The notes under the pieces are model-generated. The model searched no databases and was not told the DNA's origin. It saw only the letters and a list, made by a program, of their open reading frames with translations. The position numbers were made by a program, and so were the translations under genes. Positions 35,601 through 43,858 of a stretch of DNA of 64,000 nucleotides are shown here, one piece after another (the first letter of the stretch is position 1; the number at the start of each line of letters is the position of its first letter). The stretch is taken from NCBI GenBank assembly GCA_043814035.1, contig JBDRKJ010000012.1:4028-68027 (forward strand), given 5' to 3'. Source of the DNA: Candidatus Peregrinibacteria bacterium (GTDB lineage: Bacteria > Patescibacteriota > Gracilibacteria > Peribacterales > Peribacteraceae).

Positions 35601-37756
35601 GCATTTTCTGCGGCAACGTTCGACCAGGACTCGCCCTTAAGACGATGAAGCCCCGGAAGTGTTGTGACGACATCAGCGACCGAAGTGAATGGAACAACAC
35701 AAACGGTTGCCGCATCATCGATGAGATCCGTAAAGAAAAAAGCATTCCCCAACACCATTCCAACAGTTTCAGATCCCCATACATTCCCAAGCTTGTCATG
35801 CGCTTCTCTCTGGCGTCGGCGTACGTACCGACCCACACGAGCGAGGAAGTAATTGAGCGCATTCTCCTCACCCGGCTGCATTTCTTCGGCAAGACGCAGA
35901 AGTTCATCGCGATCCCGAATGCGGGGATCGGTGCAGAGTTGTTGTTGAGGTTCCTGTGCATGCTGCCAACGCACAATCCCGCCAGAAATATCCAGCGAGA
36001 TGCCAACTTCCCGAAGAAGCGGTTTCAGTGCTTCAAAAGCACGTTCGGGTCCATCACTCTGCGGCACATCTTTTCCGCGTTCGGCAACAAAAACTTCCTC
36101 AAAGGTATCCAATGTTTCCAATGCCTTTTTGAGTTTTATCGGATCGCCTGCCTTCTTCCTCTCGTCCGACCGGCCGGCCTCATCAAAATCTGCCTGAAGC
36201 CAGAAGCGCAGACTGTGTATTCCGCACCGGTTCTGATTCTCAATGATCTGCTCATCGGAACCCCCAATGATTCGAGGGATAGCCTCATCCAGTTTCGCAA
36301 TAAAATCTGTGAGCTGATCCTGCAACCATGGGCCAAAAGTGCCGCTCGACATCGCGAGATTCACCGCGTGATCGCGTAGATCATTAAACACGCCGGAGAT
36401 CGCCTCAGAAACTCCAAGGACAACAGGCTCCTTCCGCACACATGCCTGACCGAGGGCCTGCAGATTCTCGGGCAGGAATAATTCCTTGCCGGCAGCCACG
36501 GAACGCCGGGCGGCCAGAATACCTCCGCCGATTGCAAACAGTGAGAAGAAAGGATGATGCAAGAGCTGCTTAAACCCCCAACTGGCAATAGTTGTGGTGA
36601 CCTCCACAGCCTTCTTCGCAGCCGAACCCGATCCTTTAAGTATAGGAAGAAGCACTCCAAGTTTGGCTGCAATGAGACCGGCACCGATTACTTCAGCAGG
36701 GTGATCTTCGATCCACTTGATTAAGTAGCGGATACCCAGCTCCAACTGCTGTTCGTAGTGCGCAAGGGCAACATCGATGCGTTGATACGTGACTGTGCCT
36801 TCTGGCAGCTTCTTTGTTTCGTACTTCTGGCGCATATCTGCAAGAAACTCTGCGTACTGCGGAGTTTCTCCTTTCTCTGCAAATCCAAACAACGCACGAA
36901 TTTCAGGAAGCGCGGCTGTTTCACCTAATGTGTCGTAACTCTGTTCTGCCCTGTCGTACTCCTCATCACTGATGCCGTACTTTTTGCCCTTTCCCTCAAA
37001 ACCGAGCCCCGCCTTGATCTTGTGCTCCATCCTCGCCATCCAGTCTTTCGCCTGATCCCACGATCCAAAGTTTTTGCGCATCCATTGCACTCCTTCGTAG
37101 ATACCCCATCCAGCCAGAGCCATGAGTCCGACTCCTGGAATCCATTTCGCCGCTCTCCAGAAGAGACTCTCTCTTTTGGCTGGTTTCTCACCCTCTTTTT
37201 TCTCTGCTTCCCCTTCCTTCTTCTTATCCCCTCTCCACCACTTCCAGAGCTTGTAGATCAGTGCCACTCCTAGTGTGGACCCAACGGCAATCGTCAGAGT
37301 CGGATGCTCCTTGGCAAACCCCTTTGTGTGCTCCCACCCCGCCTGCGTTTTCTCTTTCGTCCACTCCCACGCTCCTGCAAGCCCGTTCTTTTCCGTGGTC
37401 GCAGCGGGAGCTGAGGGGGTCTGACGCGATGCATTGATGCCGTTCTGCAGCAGACTGATCTTGCGCAGTGTTTCGGCTCTCTCCTTGGCTTGCTCCCTCA
37501 GGCGCTGACAGTTCATGTTGATGATGTTGCACTGTTGCTCCGAGAGCGTCTTACTGCGCTCGAGCATGGCCTGATACACAGGAGACTGCTCATCGAGTGT
37601 GCCCACCGCTTGTTCCAGTTTTTCAACATCCGGATTGGACTGTAGAAATGTCTCCAAAACGTGTTTTGGAAGCACCTCCACATTCCGACACAAGAGTCGG
37701 TGCTCACTGATGGATTCAACGTGCCGATAGGGACGGGGCAGTTTCGTCATACTCAT
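32651..37756 (-). CDS. giant (1701 aa) multi-pass membrane protein of unknown function
   Basis: Uninterrupted ORF with several hydrophobic helix clusters (aa ~165-225, ~370-430, ~1140-1240), a Pro/Gly/Thr-rich disordered segment (aa ~985-1070) and long helical regions. I recognise no catalytic motif. Confidence 0.8.
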   Translation of the reverse strand: MSMTKLPRPYRHVESISEHRLLCRNVEVLPKHVLETFLQSNPDVEKLEQAVGTLDEQSPVYQAMLERSKTLSEQQCNIINMNCQRLREQAKERAETLRKISLLQNGINASRQTPSAPAATTEKNGLAGAWEWTKEKTQAGWEHTKGFAKEHPTLTIAVGSTLGVALIYKLWKWWRGDKKKEGEAEKKEGEKPAKRESLFWRAAKWIPGVGLMALAGWGIYEGVQWMRKNFGSWDQAKDWMARMEHKIKAGLGFEGKGKKYGISDEEYDRAEQSYDTLGETAALPEIRALFGFAEKGETPQYAEFLADMRQKYETKKLPEGTVTYQRIDVALAHYEQQLELGIRYLIKWIEDHPAEVIGAGLIAAKLGVLLPILKGSGSAAKKAVEVTTTIASWGFKQLLHHPFFSLFAIGGGILAARRSVAAGKELFLPENLQALGQACVRKEPVVLGVSEAISGVFNDLRDHAVNLAMSSGTFGPWLQDQLTDFIAKLDEAIPRIIGGSDEQIIENQNRCGIHSLRFWLQADFDEAGRSDERKKAGDPIKLKKALETLDTFEEVFVAERGKDVPQSDGPERAFEALKPLLREVGISLDISGGIVRWQHAQEPQQQLCTDPRIRDRDELLRLAEEMQPGEENALNYFLARVGRYVRRRQREAHDKLGNVWGSETVGMVLGNAFFFTDLIDDAATVCVVPFTSVADVVTTLPGLHRLKGESWSNVAAENASGLLTGIADTGLLSLPFVAFSRLKRIAVGGGYVFKLGGKWSVLKNMTPGVAEYFWMRNAYRGALDVRLVKNFMSEQGTVRGYFAGRRLNSIFARAAEGEKIMAIRPEWVGMLESATTFDELDTVAAKLHVSRPDRAESIAAVRKSLKDTIIARLKKSRVRQLSRKNFGVRMFLSDPIGDEAAEAAYKDAARLCRSRAGAPSPHPTGPKTSPATPKNPGGKAPTSPSGNPAQGPRSGSTTPAGGPQTQPASARTTGTGTAQAERMPGAGRTRSVGPGTTTPAHELVSPEAAARFVDKHGDVGEAIEQAAANAKRLDALKASDKVRNLLKTVPLNTNLQKALDESPEFARILFRHLDSVDDPAKLLRTLNASADVPEHAALLGRVMQSEKGFARALKVVDGGGDLVSALSKTSRVMRVLKGAGRVAPVVIDVAVIFGTVCEMIETAEIIDQQKQKNVSPEVIRLTEQRYYYQAAQLGVSGVGFIAGGCLIVGVGGTVALPLVLATLPVSAVIYGAYEGHKWKEAQERTAEDWHKEFDIIALLTDVRTYSFGERTGHAWELSNMSLWTLAVPGAHVWQQGSELYTLVSGGREEQIKDLFRRIQEVDRKKIRAVVAHTTTVTIPEVVTGDDGQPRDLYPTEVKQYQQELDRYVEAKVEYILSRRQDAAHAIKSYGNITDLLEESEAAGLLAKDRPVLEKRRAELQRSTDPAARGIAAQLGEILDETDLMKQAQLYQKYLRRKQTDELYGGLSVYLAMQSPQQRKAQYHQVEQVIASTVLSNAKQTYVNYCMRSAEDNIKGGLDGDSPRIVRMYAMEQVKTLAREKGSTLTRQLMSDAKAPRDQGVWEFQEVLQDAQREVERLLADPASTWQSMSTEDKERLGYGFTPRDQVSEKYRPKIEAGEALMRRINANVNGHYYTKEYGTWINKYLYITFDEEQGKWLADLGSLSDLQDPAAFCCNMYGGSGAYNRLLEDLDAINHGKEPSQ

Positions 37757-37947
37757 GAACGGGAAAAGAGTGAGTGACCAAATTCTTTGATACCGCGTAT
37801 CGTTGTGTTGATGCCCCTGCCTACAGCCCCCATTCCACCGACGACGACAGGGTTGATGACACGATCAAAGGATCCGTGCACCCAACGCTGTACGCGTTCG
37901 ACAGGTGATTGCATCGCCGGATCACGATCGAGTGTGTTGGATTTCAT
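37753..37947 (-). CDS. 64-aa microprotein, translationally coupled to the giant ORF
   Basis: ATG at 37947. Its TGA stop overlaps the ATG of the giant ORF (ATGA at 37753-37756). It has a Gly-rich hydrophobic core, VVVGGMGAVGRG. Confidence 0.5.
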   Translation of the reverse strand: MKSNTLDRDPAMQSPVERVQRWVHGSFDRVINPVVVGGMGAVGRGINTTIRGIKEFGHSLFSRS

Positions 37948-37980
37948 GATGAGAAAATGGATGTAAATAATTATCGGAAA

Positions 37981-38832
37981 TTAACGCGCTTTCTTGCCCC
38001 TCATCTTTGCGATATACCCCAACGGCACCGAAACCGGTGCAATGATGCCTTGCGCCATCGTACCCAGAAGACCTGCAGGCGCACTGCCACGAACACGCTG
38101 ATGCCAACGCCCAAGACCATAGAGTCCTGCGCCAACACCGAGAGGCAGAGCTGCACTCATTGCAAGGCCCGAGAGAACTCCCGCACCTTGAACCGCTCCA
38201 AGTGCTGCAAGTCCGGACGGCGCACCGCCCGTCATGCCCGCAACCGTAGAAAGGTTAACGTACGGCACAACCGCCATTGTTGTTGCCGCACCGGCAGCAG
38301 CACCTGCCAGAGATCCGGCAACGGGATGCTTAAGTTTCTTTCCGAGATAGTATCCCGCCGCTCCTCCAGCAGCAGGAACGCCGAGTGTGAGCCCCAACAT
38401 GCTCGCCGAAGGCATAAAGCCTGCAACAGTCGTAGCTGCTACCGGGGAAAGTATGGTAGATCCATACGCGGGCAACACCGACGCGGCAGCGGCCGTTCCG
38501 AATGCTGCTGCAGCTGTGCCTTTTACGATTGATTCCCGTGAAACGGCTTCTTTCTGCGAGGCAGGTACGTCAGAGATTTGCAGAACATCAGGAGCGGCGA
38601 CGGGAACAGGTGTTTCCGAACGCAAAGTAGCTGCCTTAGCAGCAGCTTCCTGCTCCTCCTGCTCGCGCTCTCTTTCCTGAGCGGCATCGTTTGAAGCGGA
38701 GAGAAAAGGTGCCAGTTGATCGCGAGCCAATGCTCGGCCCTGCTCGACATCACCATGTTCAGGGAGACCTGTATGAAGTGGAACGCTCTCCGGCTGGGAA
38801 CCCTCTGGAAGAAATGGTGTGGGTGTGTGCAT
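37981..38832 (-). CDS. glycine-zipper-rich membrane protein (283 aa)
   Basis: Acidic disordered N-terminal half. The C-terminal half is Gly/Ala-rich hydrophobic segments (GAAGYYLGKKL..AGSLAGAAAGAATT..GGAPSGLAALGAVQGAGVLSGLAMSAALPLGVGAGLYGLG). Confidence 0.65.
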   Translation of the reverse strand: MHTPTPFLPEGSQPESVPLHTGLPEHGDVEQGRALARDQLAPFLSASNDAAQEREREQEEQEAAAKAATLRSETPVPVAAPDVLQISDVPASQKEAVSRESIVKGTAAAAFGTAAAASVLPAYGSTILSPVAATTVAGFMPSASMLGLTLGVPAAGGAAGYYLGKKLKHPVAGSLAGAAAGAATTMAVVPYVNLSTVAGMTGGAPSGLAALGAVQGAGVLSGLAMSAALPLGVGAGLYGLGRWHQRVRGSAPAGLLGTMAQGIIAPVSVPLGYIAKMRGKKAR

Positions 38833-38852
38833 AGGAAAGAATGTAAGGAATA

Positions 38853-40286
38853 TCAGGACATTTTCTCAAACTTGAATTTTTCTACTGTCACAGATGACTT
38901 GCCGCTCCCGAGCGCATCGAGCACCGCGCACAACTTATCCATCTTGAGCGGCTTCTCTTCTGAGTAGTTGCCTTGCCCCTGCTTTGCCCACGGCATGGTC
39001 GGCTCTACAGTGAAATGTACGGTGGCGCCCAGCACCAAACCCTCTGATCTCCACTCCGCCTTTGTGAACCGAGGCTGAACTTCGGTTTCGTTGCAGGACT
39101 TCACATACGCGATGGTTTTGGAAAGCAATATCCGATCGGTGAAACTCAAGGGACGCAGAACGCGGTAGCGGTACGCACCGATCTGAATCTCGCCGCTCGG
39201 TAGAACGGACACGGTGAGACGATTGCCCTTGTACGTGATCTGCTGCGGCGACTCGAGAAAACTCGTGCCGTATGCGGGACCGGTGAGCACCGATGGATTG
39301 ACGGCTTCAGGGGAAGGAGTGGAAGTTGAAGGAACTGCCTGTGGATTCGCCACGGGAGCACCGACGGCAGTTGCACCGACCGCGGCAGCGGCAGGAGCAG
39401 CAGCCGGAACCGTACCAGGAGCAGGAGTTGGTGTGGCTGCAGGAGCTGCGCCGGGAGCAGGAGTGGGCGCAGCTGGCGTCGCCAGCTTCTGCGCAACAAC
39501 CTGATCGGCCGCCTGTTCCAGCTGCAGTTGCGTCACCTTGAGCGGGATCACACTGCGGTTTGCAGGGTTCTCACGCAGCTTGAGAGCGACCAGCCGGCAG
39601 TACTCATCGAACGAGAGTGCTTGCCCCGTCACCGCAATCATCTGAAACTTTTCCATGAACGGCTTCAGCGAGAGCTCTTGCTTGGGATCATTGGGCAAAA
39701 CCTCGACCTTGAACTTGGCAAAGTTCTTGTAGAGCACGCCGTAGTCCCCCATGACGAAATTGAGGGGTTTCTTGATCCAGTCAGGCAGGTAGTCATCCAC
39801 CGATGCGGCGAGGGTACCGAACATTTGCGCTGATTTCTCGCGCAACCACGAGAATGCGGTCCCAACGGCCGCGATCGTGGCCGTCAGCCCTTCGACGAAT
39901 TTTCCCCAGCCCTTTCCGCCCCACTCCTTTGTCCATCCCCAGCCATCCTTCAGCCAGCCTTGCACCGTCTCGGCCCCGTCTTTGAGCTTGTCACCCGTCC
40001 ACGCCATCCAGCCTTCAGGCTTCTCGGGGGATGGTGCGCTGGGAGCGCTCTCGGAGGGCTTCGGCTGTTCGACAGGCGCAGAAGAAGTTTGTGAAGGTTG
40101 CTCTGGTAGACCATTCCTTGCGATTTCGCGCGCAGCTTTCGTTCGCTCTTCCAGAGCCTGCTGCTCTGTTGTAAGACGTTCCTGCGCTTCTCGAGCAATG
40201 CGCTGATCATCTGTCTCAATCCGCTCTGCGGATGCAGGAGCAGATTCTATGGGAGAAGAGGGTTGTTTTTTTTGATCTTCGGACAT
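38853..40286 (-). CDS. hypothetical protein (477 aa), paralog of the 385-aa protein
   Basis: Disordered acidic/Pro-rich N-terminus, a Trp-rich motif (GWGWTKEWGGKGWGKF) with an adjacent hydrophobic helix, a Pro/Ala linker, and a C-terminal domain shared with 40304..41461. Confidence 0.7.
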   Translation of the reverse strand: MSEDQKKQPSSPIESAPASAERIETDDQRIAREAQERLTTEQQALEERTKAAREIARNGLPEQPSQTSSAPVEQPKPSESAPSAPSPEKPEGWMAWTGDKLKDGAETVQGWLKDGWGWTKEWGGKGWGKFVEGLTATIAAVGTAFSWLREKSAQMFGTLAASVDDYLPDWIKKPLNFVMGDYGVLYKNFAKFKVEVLPNDPKQELSLKPFMEKFQMIAVTGQALSFDEYCRLVALKLRENPANRSVIPLKVTQLQLEQAADQVVAQKLATPAAPTPAPGAAPAATPTPAPGTVPAAAPAAAAVGATAVGAPVANPQAVPSTSTPSPEAVNPSVLTGPAYGTSFLESPQQITYKGNRLTVSVLPSGEIQIGAYRYRVLRPLSFTDRILLSKTIAYVKSCNETEVQPRFTKAEWRSEGLVLGATVHFTVEPTMPWAKQGQGNYSEEKPLKMDKLCAVLDALGSGKSSVTVEKFKFEKMS

Positions 40287-40303
40287 GGAAAGTGGAAGAA
40301 AAA

Positions 40304-41461
40304 TTACACAGGAATGCGCTCGAAGCGGAATTCACTACTCGTGTACTGCGCACCATTGGGATTACGCACTACTGCCTCCAAAAAGGCGCGGACATCAGTC
40401 ATCGCCACAACCTTCGGAGAAAAATATTCAATAGGAGCTGTGTTACTTCCTGTCGCTTTCCCCTCAAACTGGAATCCAGCCTGTGAGAGTTGAGCATTTC
40501 TCATTTCCCACCTCAACGAATTGGGATCCGTAATCGCAGTGGGCACCAAACGATACCGTAGAGGGGCAGTCGCCGGACCAACGGAGACGTTCCACTCGCC
40601 ATTCGGCAGAACCTGAAGGGCAACGGTCTGATTGAGTACCTGCACCTTCGTCGGAGCCGGACCCATAACATTGATTGCGGTCGTCACTGATTCGAGAGGA
40701 GACACAAATTCAGGCGCCTGCGCCACCTGCCCGGGGAGCGTTCCCGGCAGCTCCTTGGCGGCTGCTGCCATGGCTCGAAAATCTTCGGCGACGATCTGTG
40801 TTTTTGTTCCGTTGGTCTTCTTCCACTCGCGCACAACCTCGTTGTAGTAAACCTCACGCGTGAATGTAGGGCCGCGTGTCTGCGCGAGTACCTTGTACTG
40901 CTCGGCTAACATTGTCTGCGCACCTTCGGCAATTTCCGTCTGTGCCTTTGCATTCGCATCCTCTGGGTTGATTACAGAGAGTGTCAGGTTTCCTTTCTTA
41001 AGAGCAGAAACGAGTTCCGCGTAATCGGCGCCTGCCATCTCGTTGAGCCACTCAGCAGCCTTTTTGAAGCCGAGCATCGTGAGCGTACTGGCCATGCCGC
41101 GGAGCGTTGCAGACCCCATCGATTGAATCTGCTTCATGAATTTCTGCACCATCGCGAACATCTTCTGCATGGCATCGCCCACTCTCTCGAAGGCACCCTT
41201 GTTGGTGCCCAAATCATCCTCTTCGGGTGTGCCCGGCTTTGCTCCCTCCGGCTGTTGCATCACCGCAATGCCCTGCTGCAATTTCGCCTCAGGATCGTTG
41301 ACACTCTGAGAAAGACCTTCGCGATTATCTCTGTTCTCCGTGCGAATCCTCCCTTCATCGAGAGAAGGAGGGGCGGCAGATTCTTGAGGGGCAGCCGGTT
41401 GAGTCTCTTGGCCCTCAGGCGCCGCAGAAAGAGGTGTGTTTTCGAGGGGTTTGTAGCTCAT
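40304..41461 (-). CDS. hypothetical protein (385 aa), first gene of the cluster
   Basis: Disordered N-terminus, a Met-rich amphipathic segment, and a C-terminal domain (LQVLPNGEW...LRYRLVP...FRFERI) paralogous to 38853..40286. Confidence 0.7.
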   Translation of the reverse strand: MSYKPLENTPLSAAPEGQETQPAAPQESAAPPSLDEGRIRTENRDNREGLSQSVNDPEAKLQQGIAVMQQPEGAKPGTPEEDDLGTNKGAFERVGDAMQKMFAMVQKFMKQIQSMGSATLRGMASTLTMLGFKKAAEWLNEMAGADYAELVSALKKGNLTLSVINPEDANAKAQTEIAEGAQTMLAEQYKVLAQTRGPTFTREVYYNEVVREWKKTNGTKTQIVAEDFRAMAAAAKELPGTLPGQVAQAPEFVSPLESVTTAINVMGPAPTKVQVLNQTVALQVLPNGEWNVSVGPATAPLRYRLVPTAITDPNSLRWEMRNAQLSQAGFQFEGKATGSNTAPIEYFSPKVVAMTDVRAFLEAVVRNPNGAQYTSSEFRFERIPV

Positions 41462-41485
41462 GTTTGTTTTGGTGAATTTACTACT

Positions 41486-41515
41486 ATTCTACCACAAAAA
41501 CCCCATTTCTCACAA
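41486..41515 (-). promoter_or_regulatory. candidate promoter of the six-gene cluster
   Basis: Minus strand TTGTGA, 18-nt spacer, TAGAAT with an extended -10 TG (tgGTAGAAT), about 25 nt upstream of the ATG at 41461. Confidence 0.45.
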
Positions 41516-41578
41516 CAGGCCAAAGCACGCTAGAGTGAGCTTCCGACCCTTATCCTCACCCTATCCCTCCCCCCTCGT

Positions 41579-41911
41579 ATGAACATCCAGCACTTCGAGA
41601 AGAACTTCAGTTTTACAGGCCGCGAGCTCCCCACGATTGCGCGCAAAATCGGCAAGATCGCTACCTACTGCAAGCGCGTAAAGGATTCATCATCCTCCAT
41701 TCGCGTGGAGGTGGAACGACAGGAAACGAAGAAGGAGCGTGATCAGATCATGGTGACCATCACTGTGGAGTTGCCCGAAAAAGTGCTGCGCGCAGAATCA
41801 CGCAAGCCCGATGTGATCGAAGCACTCGACCGCTGCATCGAGAAACTGGAGCCGCAACTCAAGCGTTACAAAGAGCTGAAAACGGGCAAGACGAAAATGC
41901 GAGTAAAATAA
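41579..41911 (+). CDS. hpf: ribosome hibernation promoting factor (short HPF/RaiA)
   Basis: 110 aa with the typical pattern: ....F..T..L..YI..K..K.......V.V.L........V.V......L.A......D...A.D.....LE.QL.K.K. Confidence 0.85.
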   Translation: MNIQHFEKNFSFTGRELPTIARKIGKIATYCKRVKDSSSSIRVEVERQETKKERDQIMVTITVELPEKVLRAESRKPDVIEALDRCIEKLEPQLKRYKELKTGKTKMRVK

Positions 41912-41941
41912 TGAATCCCCGGTTGCCCTCCCACGAAATCA

Positions 41942-42985
41942 TCATTCTTCAAGCCACTTCACCCGATCAAAACCGGGGAGCACCGTGACCCACGTCTGCC
42001 CGGGGGCAAAGAGGAACACCGAGCCCTCATCTGTTTTGAAAACAAAAGAATCGAGGAGATCCTCCTTCTGCCACTCGCCCTGCTGCACCGTACCGCCCGT
42101 GAACAGGAGCGCACGTCCGTGCCCACTCACCGGAATCGTCAGGCGGCCCATCTCACCAATGGCGGTAACGGGCATCTCGAGCACCAGCACATTGCGCGGA
42201 TGGCCCTGGTCTTCCACTGGACCACTTGAGCGTACGTACGCATCTCGCAACCGTGAGTAACGGTAGACGACATCGTGATCCGGATTGTGGAAATTGAGCT
42301 TCACGGTGAGCGCCACTGGGTCACCGATAGGGTCGCCGATCGCATAGGGCGGCCATGGAGTTTCTATGATGGACGCACCGGGGAGTTTGTTAATTGCAGA
42401 ACGTCGAATGAAGAGATTGTGCGGTTCGGGAATGTTTTCGTCTCGTTCAGCGCTGCCGTAGTGCGAGAGCAAATCAATCGCCGTGATGTCACCGTTTCGC
42501 GCCTTGCCGTACGCCTCGGGGCTCGCGCCCGCATGAATAACAGTCGACACTAGTGGCTGCAGCGCATCGATGAAGTACGGTCGCAGCGATCGCACTGGGC
42601 CAATGCGGCCGGGTAGATTATCGGCATCGAACGTCACAGCAAATCGTGAGATGAATCCCTCAACGGGGAATTCCCAAACCATCAGGGCATCATTCATGCC
42701 TTCTTGATGCGGCCGTGCTCCCTCATGATTCTCTATCATCACCGCGAGTAGGCGCTTGCGCGGAATATCACTTGGAATCCTAAGCTTCGAGAGAATCGTT
42801 GCATCACCACCGATTGCACTCCCAGTTTGACGCTGATGAGGCTGCCATCCTCCCGTCGAAGCAGATGATCCCGGCAAGACCAAACGAACGAGGAACGCAC
42901 TCACCACACAAACGGCGAGCACCATGCCAACCGCGATACCCAGTGAGCGCACCTGCGCGCGATTATTGAGGAGGAACCTCTGCAT
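41942..42985 (-). CDS. DUF3048-domain secreted/anchored protein
   Basis: N-terminal TM anchor. LAVMIENHEGARPHQEGMNDALMVWEFPVEGFISRFAVTF matches the DUF3048 core. Confidence 0.78.
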   Translation of the reverse strand: MQRFLLNNRAQVRSLGIAVGMVLAVCVVSAFLVRLVLPGSSASTGGWQPHQRQTGSAIGGDATILSKLRIPSDIPRKRLLAVMIENHEGARPHQEGMNDALMVWEFPVEGFISRFAVTFDADNLPGRIGPVRSLRPYFIDALQPLVSTVIHAGASPEAYGKARNGDITAIDLLSHYGSAERDENIPEPHNLFIRRSAINKLPGASIIETPWPPYAIGDPIGDPVALTVKLNFHNPDHDVVYRYSRLRDAYVRSSGPVEDQGHPRNVLVLEMPVTAIGEMGRLTIPVSGHGRALLFTGGTVQQGEWQKEDLLDSFVFKTDEGSVFLFAPGQTWVTVLPGFDRVKWLEE

Positions 42986-43082
42986 GAAACGCAGAAAAAG
43001 AAAAGACGCAAGACTATACCATGATCTGCGTTTTCCCTCTTCGAGAAAACGGAGAATTCTCTACGGCAATTCCACAGCAAAA

Positions 43083-43790
43083 TTACTCACCCTTGCCCTT
43101 TTTCTCCTTCTTGGCGGCATTGTCTTCGGCAGGTGCCACGGCACCCTCCGCAGCTGGAGCACCCTCTACAGCTGCCTCTTCTCCTTCGGCAGAAACGCCC
43201 TCTCCCGCCGCAGCAGATGGAGCTGGTTGAACCTCTTCCTCCTTGCGCTGTTCCTGTGCTGTGACGAGAACGGCATCGGCATCATCCAAGATGGTGACGC
43301 CTGACGGCACAACAAGATCTGCAACCTCCACAACATCGTGCACCTGCGCAAGCTTCGTCAACGATACTTCGAGATCGCGTGGTAGATTCATTGGCAGACA
43401 GCGCACAGTCACGTGGTTCTGCACGGTGACGATAATTGCGGCAAATTCCTTCGCGGCAAGGGCCTCGCCCGTAAAGCGGATCGGCACCGGTGCCTCAATC
43501 TCCTTCTTCAGGTTCACTGCGTAGAAATCCACATGGGTGATGCGGCCCGTGATCGGCTCGAATTGGAGTGCATGAAAGAGAACAGGCACCTTCTTTCCGT
43601 CGATATCCAAATCCACGAGGGTGTTCGCACCCGCCTTCATATACGCCTTGGTGAGTTCAATGGATCCACACTGCATTGTGGTGTTCTGCACCTCGTTACC
43701 GTAGAGCACGCACGGCACACTGTTCGCCCGACGAATATCGTTGGGCGACTGCTCACTGCGGGCCATTGCTTTGAGTGCAACCATTTCCAT
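43083..43790 (-). CDS. rplY: 50S ribosomal protein L25/general stress protein Ctc with acidic Ala/Glu tail
   Basis: RRANSVPCVLYGNE..., the two-domain Ctc form, and a low-complexity C-terminal tail. Confidence 0.9.
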   Translation of the reverse strand: MEMVALKAMARSEQSPNDIRRANSVPCVLYGNEVQNTTMQCGSIELTKAYMKAGANTLVDLDIDGKKVPVLFHALQFEPITGRITHVDFYAVNLKKEIEAPVPIRFTGEALAAKEFAAIIVTVQNHVTVRCLPMNLPRDLEVSLTKLAQVHDVVEVADLVVPSGVTILDDADAVLVTAQEQRKEEEVQPAPSAAAGEGVSAEGEEAAVEGAPAAEGAVAPAEDNAAKKEKKGKGE

Positions 43791-43858
43791 AGAAAAGCTG
43801 CACGAGAGTACGGGAGGAAGCGAAACCGGTCAACGTCCGCAAAGGGTTTTTTTGGTAT

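Noticed and set aside
32651-41461. Possibility that the cluster is a diversity-generating retroelement target or a prophage block
   Set aside because: I could not find a reverse transcriptase, a template/variable repeat pair, or terminase, portal, capsid or integrase signatures. Composition and upstream-sequence style match the rest of the window.
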